Of a stretch of 64,000 bases of DNA, positions 51,857-64,000 are shown piece after piece. The DNA comes from an uncultured delta proteobacterium (GTDB lineage Bacteria > Myxococcota_A > UBA9160 > SZUA-336): the NCBI GenBank assembly GCA_963704165.1, contig CAVPHD010000011.1, positions 25,539 through 89,538 of the forward strand, given 5' to 3'. The notes beneath the pieces were generated by a model that worked only from the letters and a program-made list of their open reading frames with translations, was not told where the DNA came from and made no database searches. The position numbers and the translations under genes were made by a program. Positions within the stretch are counted from its first letter, which is position 1. Each line of letters starts with the position of its first letter.

Positions 51857-53275
51857 TCAGCTATCGGAGCGCGGGGGAAGCGGATTGAGTGGCGCGATGT
51901 CGTACTCCTTGACCTTGTACTGGAGCGCTCGCGCGGAGATCTCGAGAAGCTCGGCGGCTCGCGTGCGGTTGCCGCCGGTGCGCGCCAACGCGAGGCGGAT
52001 CAGGCGATCCTCGAGTGCTCTCCCGCGTCGTTTGATGGACAGGTCCTCTGCGGCGTCGGCACCGAGGCCCGGCGAGGCCACGAGCGCGAGCGACAGCTTC
52101 GACTCCACCGCGGCGAACGGGAACAGCTCGCGCGTGATCGTCGATCCGGTGGCGAGGATCAGCGCACGCTCGAGCGTGTTCTCGAGCTCGCGGACGTTGC
52201 CGGGCCAGGAATGCTCGCAGAGCGCCGACATGGTTTCGCGATCGAGGGGCTCCACCGACTTGCCCATCCGTCGCGAGAGACCGGTGAGGAGTTGATCCGC
52301 GAGAGCGGGTACGTCCTCGAGGCGCTCGCGCAGCGGCGGCACGTGCAGGCGGAAGACGTTCAGCCGGTAGAAAAGATCCGCACGGAACGTCCCCGCCTGG
52401 ACCATCGCTTCGAGGTCGCGGGCCGTCGCGGCGACGATCCGCACGTCGACGGGATACGGCTTCGCCGCGCCGACCGGACGGACCTCTTCTTCCTGGAGAA
52501 CGCGAAGCAGCTTGACCTGGATCGGCAGCGGAAGCTCACCGATCTCGTCGAGGAAGAGCGTTCCTCCGTCGGCTTCCCGGAACATCCCGCGCGTCTCCCG
52601 ATCCGCTCCCGTGAAGGCGCCGCGCACGTGTCCGAAGAGCTCGCTCTCGATCAGCGTTTCGGGGATCGCTCCGCAGTTCAGCGCGACGAACGGCTCCTCC
52701 GATCGCTCCGAACGGCCGTGCACGGCGCGCGCGACGACCTCCTTGCCCACGCCGCTCTCGCCCGTCACGAGCACGGTCGTCTTGAACTCGGCCGCACGCT
52801 CGACGAGATCGTAGATCTCGCGCATGGCCGCGGATGCGGCGACGAGCGCACCCTCCACGCCACCGTGGGAGAGCTCGCGGCGAAGCTGGCGGTTCTCACG
52901 CCGCAGCCGCTCGCGCTCCTCCGCCTTTCCGATCGCGAGCAGGAGCTCCTCGGCCTGGAACGGCTTGGCGAGGTAGTCGTAGGCACCCCTGCGCACCGCC
53001 TCGAGCGCTTGATCCACCTGTCCGTACGCGGACATCATCAGCACGGTGGCGTCCGGCTGAGCGCGGATCAGCTCGGGCAGGATCTCCAGTCCGCTGCGTC
53101 CCGGCATGCGCACGTCGCAGAGCACGAGATCGAATCGCTCCGCATGGGCGATGGCGAGTCCTTCGTCCCCGTTCGCGGCGCGGCAGACCTCGTAGCCCTC
53201 GTCCGCGAGGATCAGTCCGAGACTGGTCCGGATCCCATTCTCGTCATCGATGATCAGCGCGCGGCGTTTGGGCAT
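51857..53275 (-). CDS. sigma-54-dependent response regulator (PilR2-like)
   Basis: Receiver domain, [24 protein letters not shown], Fis-type HTH. Confidence 0.92.
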   Translation of the reverse strand: MPKRRALIIDDENGIRTSLGLILADEGYEVCRAANGDEGLAIAHAERFDLVLCDVRMPGRSGLEILPELIRAQPDATVLMMSAYGQVDQALEAVRRGAYDYLAKPFQAEELLLAIGKAEERERLRRENRQLRRELSHGGVEGALVAASAAMREIYDLVERAAEFKTTVLVTGESGVGKEVVARAVHGRSERSEEPFVALNCGAIPETLIESELFGHVRGAFTGADRETRGMFREADGGTLFLDEIGELPLPIQVKLLRVLQEEEVRPVGAAKPYPVDVRIVAATARDLEAMVQAGTFRADLFYRLNVFRLHVPPLRERLEDVPALADQLLTGLSRRMGKSVEPLDRETMSALCEHSWPGNVRELENTLERALILATGSTITRELFPFAAVESKLSLALVASPGLGADAAEDLSIKRRGRALEDRLIRLALARTGGNRTRAAELLEISARALQYKVKEYDIAPLNPLPPRSDS

Positions 53276-54791
53276 GGTCGCCCTGCCTATCGGCTGCGGG
53301 CAAGACCAGTCTGAAGCAAGTCCGGCCCGACTGACTCGTGACTTCGAGCCTTCCGCCGAGCAGCTCCGCAATTCGATGCGCGTTCCAGAGCCCGAGGCCG
53401 GTGCCTTCGTCCGGTCCCTTCGTGGTGAAGAACGGATCGAAGATCCGCGGCAGGTCCTCGACCTCGATCCCCGGACCGTTGTCGATCACCTCGAGACAGA
53501 CGGCGTCCGGAGCGCGCTCCTCGACGAAGCTCGTTCGTTCCGCGTCCCCGCTGCGCCGCGACGGGCGCGCGGGCGCGTGCCCGCGGAGCGCCACGAGTTC
53601 GATCCGGCCGCCGGCCACGCCGCGAAGCGCGTGTGCCGCGTTCTCGATCAGGTTCACGAACACCTGCTCGAGTCGCCGCCGATCGACTTCGACGTCGGGC
53701 AGGCCGGGCTCCGCAATGACCGAAAGCTCGAGGCCCGTGAGAAGTGGCTGCGGACGAATGCGCTCGGCGACGTGCTCGAGCAGCGCGCTGGGCTCGACCC
53801 GCTCGAGCGCGAGCGCTTCGGGACGCGAGAGGTCGAGCATTTCGCGCACGAGCTCTCGCACGCGCAGCGCCTCTTCCGCGATCAACGAAGCCAACTCGCG
53901 TGTTCGCGGCGAGGCGGTCTTCTCACGTCGACACACCTCCGCGTAGCCGAGAATCGCGGCGACGGGATTTCCCACCTCGTGCGCGACGCCCGCCGCGAGC
54001 TGTCCCAGACTCGCCAGCCGCCGGCTCCGCGAGAGCGACTCCTGCGCCAGCAGAAGCGCATCGCGCTCCCGCTCGAGCGACTCGGCCATCTGATTGAAGC
54101 TCCGAGCGAGCTCTTCGAGCTCCGCGGGACCCTGTTCGGGGATCCGAGCCTGCAGGTCGCCGCTGGCGATCCGCCGCGTTCCAGCGGCGAGCGCACCGAG
54201 CGGTGAGACCACACGGCGTCGCAAGAGCCACGCGCCGAAGCCCACGAAGACGACCGTCGCGATGAAGAGCACCCAGATCGCCGAACCGAAGACCGGGGCG
54301 AGCCGGTGCCACACCTCCTCGCCGCTCGCGCGTCCGATCAGGAAGCCGGTCTCACCCGAAGGTGTGCGAAGGCGCCGGACCAGGGTCATGTCGCCGACGA
54401 GCACACCCTCGAGCTCGAGGGCTTCTCCCGTCTCGCGGGCGACCTCGAGAAGGTTCGCGAGTCTCGGATCGACCTCCGCGCCTCCGGCGGCCGATCCGGG
54501 ATCCCGTCCTCGCTCGTCGAGCACGCGAAACTCGCCGCCCGAGATCCGCGGCCCGCTCGCGCGGACGGTCGCGGCCAGGTCGACGAGTCGACGCGCGCCG
54601 CCGTCGAGCGACCGCTCGAGATGGCGCGCGCCCATCCGCAACCGCTCCAGCGCCGCGTCGTGCACCGAACGCACCGAGAGTCCCGTCAGCACGACCGCGA
54701 CGATCGCGAGCCCCGCGAACATCATCACGAACAAGTTCGCGACGATTTCGAGCTGAACGCCCCCGCGAAGCGTCAGCCGGCGTCGATCCAC
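53244..54791 (-). CDS. sensor histidine kinase with HAMP domain (PilS2-like)
   Basis: Two TM helices, HAMP, AHEVGNP, NLIENA, DNGPG, FFTTK..GTGLGL. Confidence 0.9.
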   Translation of the reverse strand: MDRRRLTLRGGVQLEIVANLFVMMFAGLAIVAVVLTGLSVRSVHDAALERLRMGARHLERSLDGGARRLVDLAATVRASGPRISGGEFRVLDERGRDPGSAAGGAEVDPRLANLLEVARETGEALELEGVLVGDMTLVRRLRTPSGETGFLIGRASGEEVWHRLAPVFGSAIWVLFIATVVFVGFGAWLLRRRVVSPLGALAAGTRRIASGDLQARIPEQGPAELEELARSFNQMAESLERERDALLLAQESLSRSRRLASLGQLAAGVAHEVGNPVAAILGYAEVCRREKTASPRTRELASLIAEEALRVRELVREMLDLSRPEALALERVEPSALLEHVAERIRPQPLLTGLELSVIAEPGLPDVEVDRRRLEQVFVNLIENAAHALRGVAGGRIELVALRGHAPARPSRRSGDAERTSFVEERAPDAVCLEVIDNGPGIEVEDLPRIFDPFFTTKGPDEGTGLGLWNAHRIAELLGGRLEVTSQSGRTCFRLVLPAADRQGDHAQTPRADHR

Positions 54792-55561
54792 CGCGCCCAT
54801 AGCCTCGGCTCGAACAGGAAGACGAGGCCCGCGATCGCGAGTCCCGGTCCGAACGGAATCCGCGTGTCCATCCCCTTGCGTTCGATCACGAGCTTCGGGA
54901 TGCCGTAGGCCAGCCCGATCAGCGATCCCATGAAGATGATTCCGATCGCGGCCGACGTGCCGAGCAGGCTCGCGAGCATCGCGATCAGCTTCACGTCGCC
55001 GAAGCCCAGCCCCTGCTTTCCCCGGAGACGCGGATAGACCTCCGCGATCAGCCAGAACGCCCCGCCCGCAATCAGCACACCGAGAATCGCGTCGCGGAAC
55101 TCCACGCCGAGCGACGGCGCGACGATCGAGATCCCGAGCCCGAGCGCGAGACCGGGCAGCGTGATCCAGTTGGGGATGATGTAGTGATCGATGTCGATGA
55201 AGATCACGGCGATCAGCGCGGCAGCGATCGCCCACTCGACGAGCAGCCGGGCCGACGGGCCGTGCGCGAGAAGCAGCGCGGCGAAGAGCGCGCCCGTCAG
55301 CGCTTCGACCAGCGGGTAGCGCGGAGAGATGACCGCGCGGCACGAGCGGCAGCGCCCGCGGAGAAACAGGTACGAGAGAATCGGCACGTTCGCGAACGCG
55401 GGGATCGCGACCTGACACGCCGGACAGCGAGAGCCCGGAAGGACCAGCGACTCCCCGCGCGGCAGTCGCCAGATCACCACGTTCAGGAAGCTTCCGATGC
55501 AGGCTCCGAATGCGAACGCGGCGGCCACGAGCAGCGGAAAGGGAACGCCGGCGTCGGCCAT
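54773..55561 (-). CDS. pilD: prepilin peptidase
   Basis: GSFLNVVIWRLP, SRCPAC, GRCRSC, IDID, GFGDVKL, IPFGP. Confidence 0.95.
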   Translation of the reverse strand: MADAGVPFPLLVAAAFAFGACIGSFLNVVIWRLPRGESLVLPGSRCPACQVAIPAFANVPILSYLFLRGRCRSCRAVISPRYPLVEALTGALFAALLLAHGPSARLLVEWAIAAALIAVIFIDIDHYIIPNWITLPGLALGLGISIVAPSLGVEFRDAILGVLIAGGAFWLIAEVYPRLRGKQGLGFGDVKLIAMLASLLGTSAAIGIIFMGSLIGLAYGIPKLVIERKGMDTRIPFGPGLAIAGLVFLFEPRLWARWIDAG

Positions 55562-55581
55562 CGACAAGACCTTAGCGCGCG

Positions 55582-56354
55582 CTAACGGAAGTCGCGCCGC
55601 TGGAAGAGCAGCACCGCGCCCGACATGAGCACGAACGAGTAGAGCCAGGCGTACAGCGCCGCGGCGCCGACACGCGCCATCTCGATCGGTCGCCCCGCGC
55701 TCGCATCCGCCTTGATGTCGAGCCGGTCGAGGTTCGGCAGCATCCAGTAGAGCGTCTCGAGCAGCTCCTTCAGGCCCGGCAGGTCGGACTTCGACCCGAA
55801 TGCGCGGAGATCCGCGAGCAGGTGCCCGACGATCCAGAGCGCGATCGTGAACATCCCCGACAAGTACGGCGTGGTGAAGCTCGAGAAGAACATCGCGATC
55901 GCCGTGACGAGCGCGAGCTCGCAGTAGATCAACGCGATGCTCCAGACGAGGCCCATCTCGAAGGCGGCGCCGGTCCAGACGAGCACGCCGAGGAAGCACG
56001 CGCTCATGATCGCGACCTCGACCGCGAGCAGCGTGAGCAGACCGAAGTACTTGCCGAGCAGGAACTCCCAGCGACGCACGGGCTTGGCCAGCATCGTGTA
56101 GACGGTCTTCATCGAGAGCTCTTTGTGCACCAGGTTGATCCCGACGAAGATCGCGATCAGCACGCCGAAGAACGCGATCGACGACAGCCCGATGTCCCGG
56201 TAGATGCGATCGTCCTTGCCGATCTGGATCTGCGCGAGCAGCACGGAGCTCGCGATCATCAGCGCCGCGAAGAGCAGCAGGTTGTAGAGCAGCTTGTCGC
56301 GCACGGCTTCGCGGTACGTGTTGGACGCCAGAACCCAGATCCGCCACGGCGAGC

Positions 56355-56358
<4 letters not shown>
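55582..56358 (-). CDS. pilI: ABC transporter permease (PilI-like)
   Basis: NTYREAVRDK, TMLAKPVRR.EFLLGKYFG, FQRRDF; synteny with pilA. Confidence 0.82.
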
Positions 56359-57281
<923 letters not shown>

Positions 57282-57283
57282 GT

Positions 57284-58163
57284 TCAGGCGCCCCCTCTCG
57301 GCATGTTCAGGCGAATGACCTCGTACGGCAGGTCCGTCGCCGCGCGCCCGTCGGCGATCGAATAGGCACCGCCTTTCGGATCGCGTGGAGGGCTCGCGAG
57401 GAACCCGGACTCGACCAGCTCCGCGATCGACTTCGGATCGCGCGAGCGGGCGGCGCGGAAGCCCTCGATCGCGGCATCGATCAGACCGAGATCGCGGTTG
57501 ATCCAGATGTCGCTCAGGCGCCTTTGCAGCCGTTCGCGCACCTCCGGCGTTTCCTCGTTCTGAAGCCGCGCGTGGATGAACTGCATCGCGGTGGAGGGGT
57601 CGCCGGCGTGTGTATAGAGGCGACTGATCAGGAACTGCAGGTACGGCGGCCCACCGAGGGCGAAGGCCCGCTCGAGGTGCCGGGCACCCTCCACGTGCTC
57701 GCCCTTCTCCATGAAGTACTGGAAGCCGAGCAGGAAGTGGATCCGCCAGTAGTCGCTCTGCGCAGCGCCCTTCTCGAGCAGACGGATCGCCGCATCGGGA
57801 TCGGCGCGCAGGCCGTTCAGCACCGAGGCCATCACGCACGTAGGCCTGTCGAAGTGGGGATCGATGTCGGTCACGAGGCCGGCGAGTCGTTCCGCGCCGG
57901 GCCAGTTGGCGGCGGAGGAGTGCTCGTCACCGACGTAGTAGCACGGTGCGGACCCAGAACAGGTCCGCGACCGCGCGTTCGAAGCCCAGGGAAAGAACGC
58001 GCAGGACATTCCCGTCGGGAAGGATGCCGACGTCCCCGTCCGGAGTTCTCTCGATCGCACGTGTCTCGAGTCGGAGATTCGTTCCGTGCATCGATGCGGC
58101 GGCGATCAGCGCGCAAGGCAGCAGAATCGCCTCGACTGGAATCCGGAATAGGCGCCCCACCAT
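57284..58163 (-). CDS. pilG: PilG-like TPR protein (frameshift near 57940)
   Basis: LSLGFERAVADLFWVR | YYVG...LVTDIDPHF; C-terminal PPRDPKGGAY; directly downstream of pilA. Confidence 0.7.
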
Positions 58164-58230
58164 CTCGCACTCCGAATCGGAGTCGTCGGCAGAGCGCTTT
58201 AGCGCTCGGATTCGTCGGATTCCAGAAATG

Positions 58231-58270
58231 AAAAGGCCCGACGGGATCGCGTGAGCCATCCCGCCGGGCC
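58231..58270 (-). terminator. Rho-independent terminator/attenuator after pilA
   Basis: Minus strand GGCCCGGCGGGAT-loop-ATCCCGTCGGGCC followed by TTTT. Confidence 0.8.
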
Positions 58271-58289
58271 GATTCGAGGCGCGCCGTTC

Positions 58290-58937
<648 letters not shown>

Positions 58938-59017
58938 GCTGTCTCCTTGCTGAGTACTCGAAATCCGGAACCCGGCTCTGGGCTCCACTGCCCGAACGCC
59001 GGGCCGACCCGGGCAAG

Positions 59018-59033
59018 AGCAAGGGCCGTGCCC
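59018..59033 (-). promoter_or_regulatory. sigma-54 (-24/-12) promoter of pilA
   Basis: Minus strand GGGCACGGCCCTTGCT matches GGCACG-N4-TTGC, about 80 bp upstream of pilA. Confidence 0.8.
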
Positions 59034-59135
59034 GCCCGACGGTGCGCTCTCCACGCGCGTGCACGTCGCGCCCGATGTCGATGATTTCACTGCCATGGCG
59101 CGGCCGCGACGGCGTCGATCCTCGAACGTGTCGCC

Positions 59136-59183
59136 CGTCACCGGGTGACGTTTTGCGAGGGCCGCAGTGACGAAGAACGTCAC
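59136..59183. promoter_or_regulatory. candidate PilR enhancer sites
   Basis: Palindromes CGTCAC-N3-GTGACG (59136-59150) and GTGACG-N5-CGTCAC (59167-59183), 100-150 bp upstream of the sigma-54 site. Confidence 0.5.
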
Positions 59184-59194
59184 CGCCGCAAGCG

Positions 59195-60578
<1,384 letters not shown>

Positions 60579-60627
60579 ACACCCACTCCTCGAAGCCCGA
60601 TCGGAACCGTTGCCTGCGCGCTTGAGA

Positions 60628-62215
60628 TCACGCGGCCGGCAGGAAGACCCGCACCGTCGTGCCCTTGTCGCGCTCGCTTGCCACGGCGATGCGTCCGCCG
60701 TGCGCCTCGACGACGCGCTGCACCGTCGCGAGACCGAGCCCCGTGCCCTTCGGCTTGGTGGTGAAGAACGGCTCGAAGAGACGATCGAGCGCGTCGGGCG
60801 CGAAGCCGCAGCCGCGATCCTCGACGCAGATCTCGATCTCGCGCAGGAGCGCGTCACCGGCGGCGCGCACGCGCACGACGCCATCGTCCGGCTTGCTTTC
60901 GGCCGCGTTTCTCATCAGGTTCCAGAACACCTGACGGAGCTGATCGGAGTTTCCCCGCACGCAGAGACCGGCGGGAATCGAGAGCTCGAGCTCGACCGCG
61001 CAAGCGTCGTCGCGATCGAGCAGCGCGCGCAGCTCCTCGAAGAGCGGAGCGAGCTCGACCGGCTCGAAACGCCCGGGGCCCGGGCGCGCGTAGGTCAGGA
61101 AGTCCGTGACGAGCCGATTCAGTCGAGCGGTTTCACGCCGTACGATCTGGGACAGAGTCTGCGAGTTCGCGTCGCCGCTCGGCAGGTCCGACGTCAAGAG
61201 CTCGATCGCACCCGACAGGGACGCGAGCGGGTTTCGGATCTCGTGCGCGAGCCCTGCCGCGAGCTGCCCGACCGCACCCAGGCGCTCGCTCCGCCGGAGC
61301 TCCTCCTCCATCTCGACCACGCGCGTCAGGTCCTGGAAGATCACGATCGCACCGTCGGTGTGCCCGTCCGGATCGCGGAGCGCCGACACCGACATTCCCA
61401 GGTGCAATCGCCGGCCATCCGCTCGATCGAACTTCACGTGCATCCGCTCCTGCTGGCTGGATTCGCCGACCGGTCCGAGAGCGGGAAACATCCGCTCGAG
61501 CGCGGAGCCGCGGGCGTCGGCTTCGCTGCCAGCCCGTGATCCGCTCCGCCTCGCGGTTGAACGAGCTGATGATTCCGTCCCGTCCCACCGTCAGCAGTCC
61601 CGACGAGACGTTGTCGACGATCCGGCGGTGGATCTCACCGAGCTCGTGCAGCTCGCGGCGTCCGGCCTGCACTTCGACGGCCAGCCGCCGCGAGAGCATC
61701 GCGACCGCGAGATAGGCGAGCGCGTGGCCCACCACCGATGTGGCAGCCGCGTCGCGATCGACGACGGGTTCACCATCGAAGGCCGGCATCCAGCCCGCCG
61801 CCGGTCCCCAGACGACGACGGTGTAGGCCACCACCGCACTCGTGCAGGCAAGCAGCGCGCCGCGCGATCCCAGCGTGAGTGCGGCATACACGATCCAGAC
61901 CAGGAACAGGAAACCGAACACCGAGTGCGCCCCGCCCGCGCAGTAGACGAAGCCGGAGATCAGCAGCGCGTCGCCGGCCAGCTCGAAGAGATGGAGACGG
62001 GTCGACCGACCCCAGGCGGCGAGCGCGCCGTAGGCCAGCGCGAGCAGGAAACCGGCGAGCACCAGCGCGTACAGCGCCTCGAGCTCGCGCTCGGAGTACG
62101 CGTCGCTGCCGCGCACCTGCGTGATCACGCAGAGCGTGAAGATCGCCGCCAGCGCGGCAAGCCTCGTCGCGAAGGCGCTGACCGGGAGCGCCGTGCGTGG
62201 CGAGGCCTCGAACAT
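60628..62215 (-). CDS. pilS: sensor histidine kinase PilS (frameshift near 61510)
   Basis: Multi-TM N-terminus, PAS (FNREAERITG), AHEIRNPLAS, QVFWNL, FFTTK.KGTGLGL. Confidence 0.88.
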
Positions 62216-62220
62216 CCGCG

Positions 62221-63430
62221 CTAGTTGACGGCGTCTGCGATCTTGAAGATCGGAAGGTACATGGCGACCAGCAGCGCACCGATCGACCCACCGAGCCCCA
62301 CCATCAGCAGCGGTTCCAGCAGCGACGTCAGCGCGTCGACGGCCGCATCGACCTCGTCGTCGTAGAAGTCGGCGATCTTGCGCGAGCATCGCGTCCATGG
62401 CACCGGTCTGCTCGCCGACCGCGATCATCTGGACGACCATGCCCGGGAAGACCTTCGAGCCCTGGAGGGGTTCGGCGATCGTCTTGCCTTCGGCGATCGA
62501 GCCCTTCGTGCGCAGGATCTCGCGCTCGACGACCACGTTACCCGCGGTCCGCGCGACGATCTCGAGCGCGTCGAGAATCGGGACTCCCGACGAGAGCATG
62601 GTCGAAAGCGTCCGCGAGAAGCGCGCGACCGCCACCTTCTGCAAGAGCGTCCCGAAGATCGGCATCTTCAGGAAGACGCCGTCGAGAACAGCACGGCCGC
62701 CGGCGGTCGCGTACACGCGCTTGAACGCGTAGACGAGCGCCACGACGCCTCCGATCATGTAGAAGATCCACTCCTGCATGAAGTGCGAGACGTTGATGAC
62801 CATCTGCGTCGGCGCGGGCAACACGCCACCGAAGTCCGAGAACATCTTCTCGAAGACGGGAATGACCTTCACCAGCATGACCACGACGACGAGTATGGCG
62901 ATCACCGTGACCGACGCCGGGTAGACCATCGCCGACTTCACCTTTCGGCGGAGCGCTTCGTTCTTCTCGAGATACGCCGCGAGCCGGTTCAGGATCGTGT
63001 CGAGAATGCCGCCGACCTCGCCGGCCGCGACGAGATTCACGTACAAGCGGTCGAAGACCTTCACGTGCTTGCCGAGGGCGTCGGAGAACGTCGCGCCGCT
63101 CTCCACGTCGGACTTGATCTGCAGGATGATCTTCTTGAAGGCGATGTTCTCCTGCTGGGTTCCGAGGATGTCCAGGCACTGCACGAGCGGCAGACCGGCG
63201 TCGATCATCGTCGCGAACTGCCGGGTGAACATGACCAGATCCTTGGTCGTCGGCTTCTTCTGCAGCATCGGAAAGATCTCGGAGAGATCCTTCGGCTTCG
63301 GCTTGACCGTCGTCGGAGTGATCGCCTGCGCCCGCAACGTGGCCATCGCCCCGTCGACGTCGTTCGCCACGATCACGCCTTTCTTCGAAAGACCGTCGCG
63401 CGTCTTGCCTGCCCAGTTGAATGTCGGCAT
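62221..63430 (-). CDS. pilC: type IV pilus platform protein PilC (frameshift near 62385)
   Basis: FTRQFATMIDAGLPLVQ, AGEVGG, KSAMVYP, VGEQTG | KIADFYDDEVD..MYLPIF. Confidence 0.93.
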
Positions 63431-63450
63431 ATGCCCTCCCGCTCGCGCGG

Positions 63451-64000
63451 CTAGCTCGCCTTCTGCCTCGAGCGGAGACCTGCGTTTCCGCTCGAGATGA
63501 TGTTCTGCAGCTCGTCCGGATCGGAACTCCGCATGATCGCGTCCTCGTGCGTGATCAAGCGTCGCCCGTAGAGATCGGCCAGACACTGGTTCAGCGTCTG
63601 CATGCCGAACTTGTCCTGCCCGATCTGCATCTGCGAGTAGATCTGGTGGATCTTGTCCTCGCGGATCAGGTTTCGGATCGCGGGGTTCGGCACCATGACC
63701 TCGAGGCCCATGACCCGCCCGCCGCCGTTCGCGCGCGGGATCAGCGTCTGGCTGATGACGCCCTCGAGCACGAACGAGAGCTGCGTGCGGATCTGGGACT
63801 GCTGGTGCGCGGGGAAGACGTCGATCACGCGGTTGATCGTCTGCACGCACGAGTTGGTGTGCAGCGTCGCCAGGCACAGGTGGCCGGTTTCCGAAACGGT
63901 GAGCGCGGCCTCGATCGTCTCGAGATCGCGCATCTCACCGACGAGCACGACGTCCGGGTCCTGACGCAGGATGTAGCGGAGCGCCGACTTGAAGCTCTGC
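63451..64000 (-). CDS. pilT: twitching motility ATPase PilT (5' part outside the window)
   Basis: [38 protein letters not shown]. Confidence 0.95.
   Translation of the reverse strand, partial: QSFKSALRYILRQDPDVVLVGEMRDLETIEAALTVSETGHLCLATLHTNSCVQTINRVIDVFPAHQQSQIRTQLSFVLEGVISQTLIPRANGGGRVMGLEVMVPNPAIRNLIREDKIHQIYSQMQIGQDKFGMQTLNQCLADLYGRRLITHEDAIMRSSDPDELQNIISSGNAGLRSRQKAS

Noticed and set aside
61133-63877. 914-aa PilC-PilS fusion ORF
   Set aside because: Artefact of the frameshift near 62385; the genuine PilC C-terminus is in the 62221-62403 frame.

Overview
High-GC chromosomal window. The gene content (complete deltaproteobacterial-type pil locus, roadblock/SgmX-like genes, PEP-CTERM protein) suggests a Myxococcota-like bacterium; this taxonomy is an inference. 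1-12 kb: housekeeping and RNA-modification genes (lptD partial, Crp-like, TlpA, dtd, dcd, GDPD, queG, trmL, a MaoC pair, rnhA, and a bacterial Elp3 head-to-head with a Trm9/ALKBH8-like methyltransferase). 12-35 kb: metabolic and accessory genes (TetR plus an uncharacterised ferritin-like diiron protein, HAD, AKR, two crotonases, P450, a second MaoC pair, SDR, a large FG-GAP surface protein, esterase, VOC, HEAT-methyltransferase fusion, GT4/GT2, two Gfo/Idh/MocA). About 35.4-36.7 kb: a small islet at the 3' end of tRNA-Gly(CCC) with a PEP-CTERM gene and a reverse-transcriptase remnant. 36.7-64 kb: minus-strand type IVa pilus supercluster (pilT-C-S-R-A-G-H-I-D-S2-R2-Ig lipoprotein-HTH-pilM-N-O-P-Q-aroK-aroB-TPR-roadblock-aroQ-lipoate ligase-SgmX-like-ExeA-like). 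Several genes carry small frameshifts that most likely reflect long-read assembly errors. The best novelty candidate is the Elp3 + Trm9-like pair, a possible eukaryote/archaea-like mcm5U34 tRNA pathway in a bacterium. All family assignments come from motif recognition by eye; no database searches were run.
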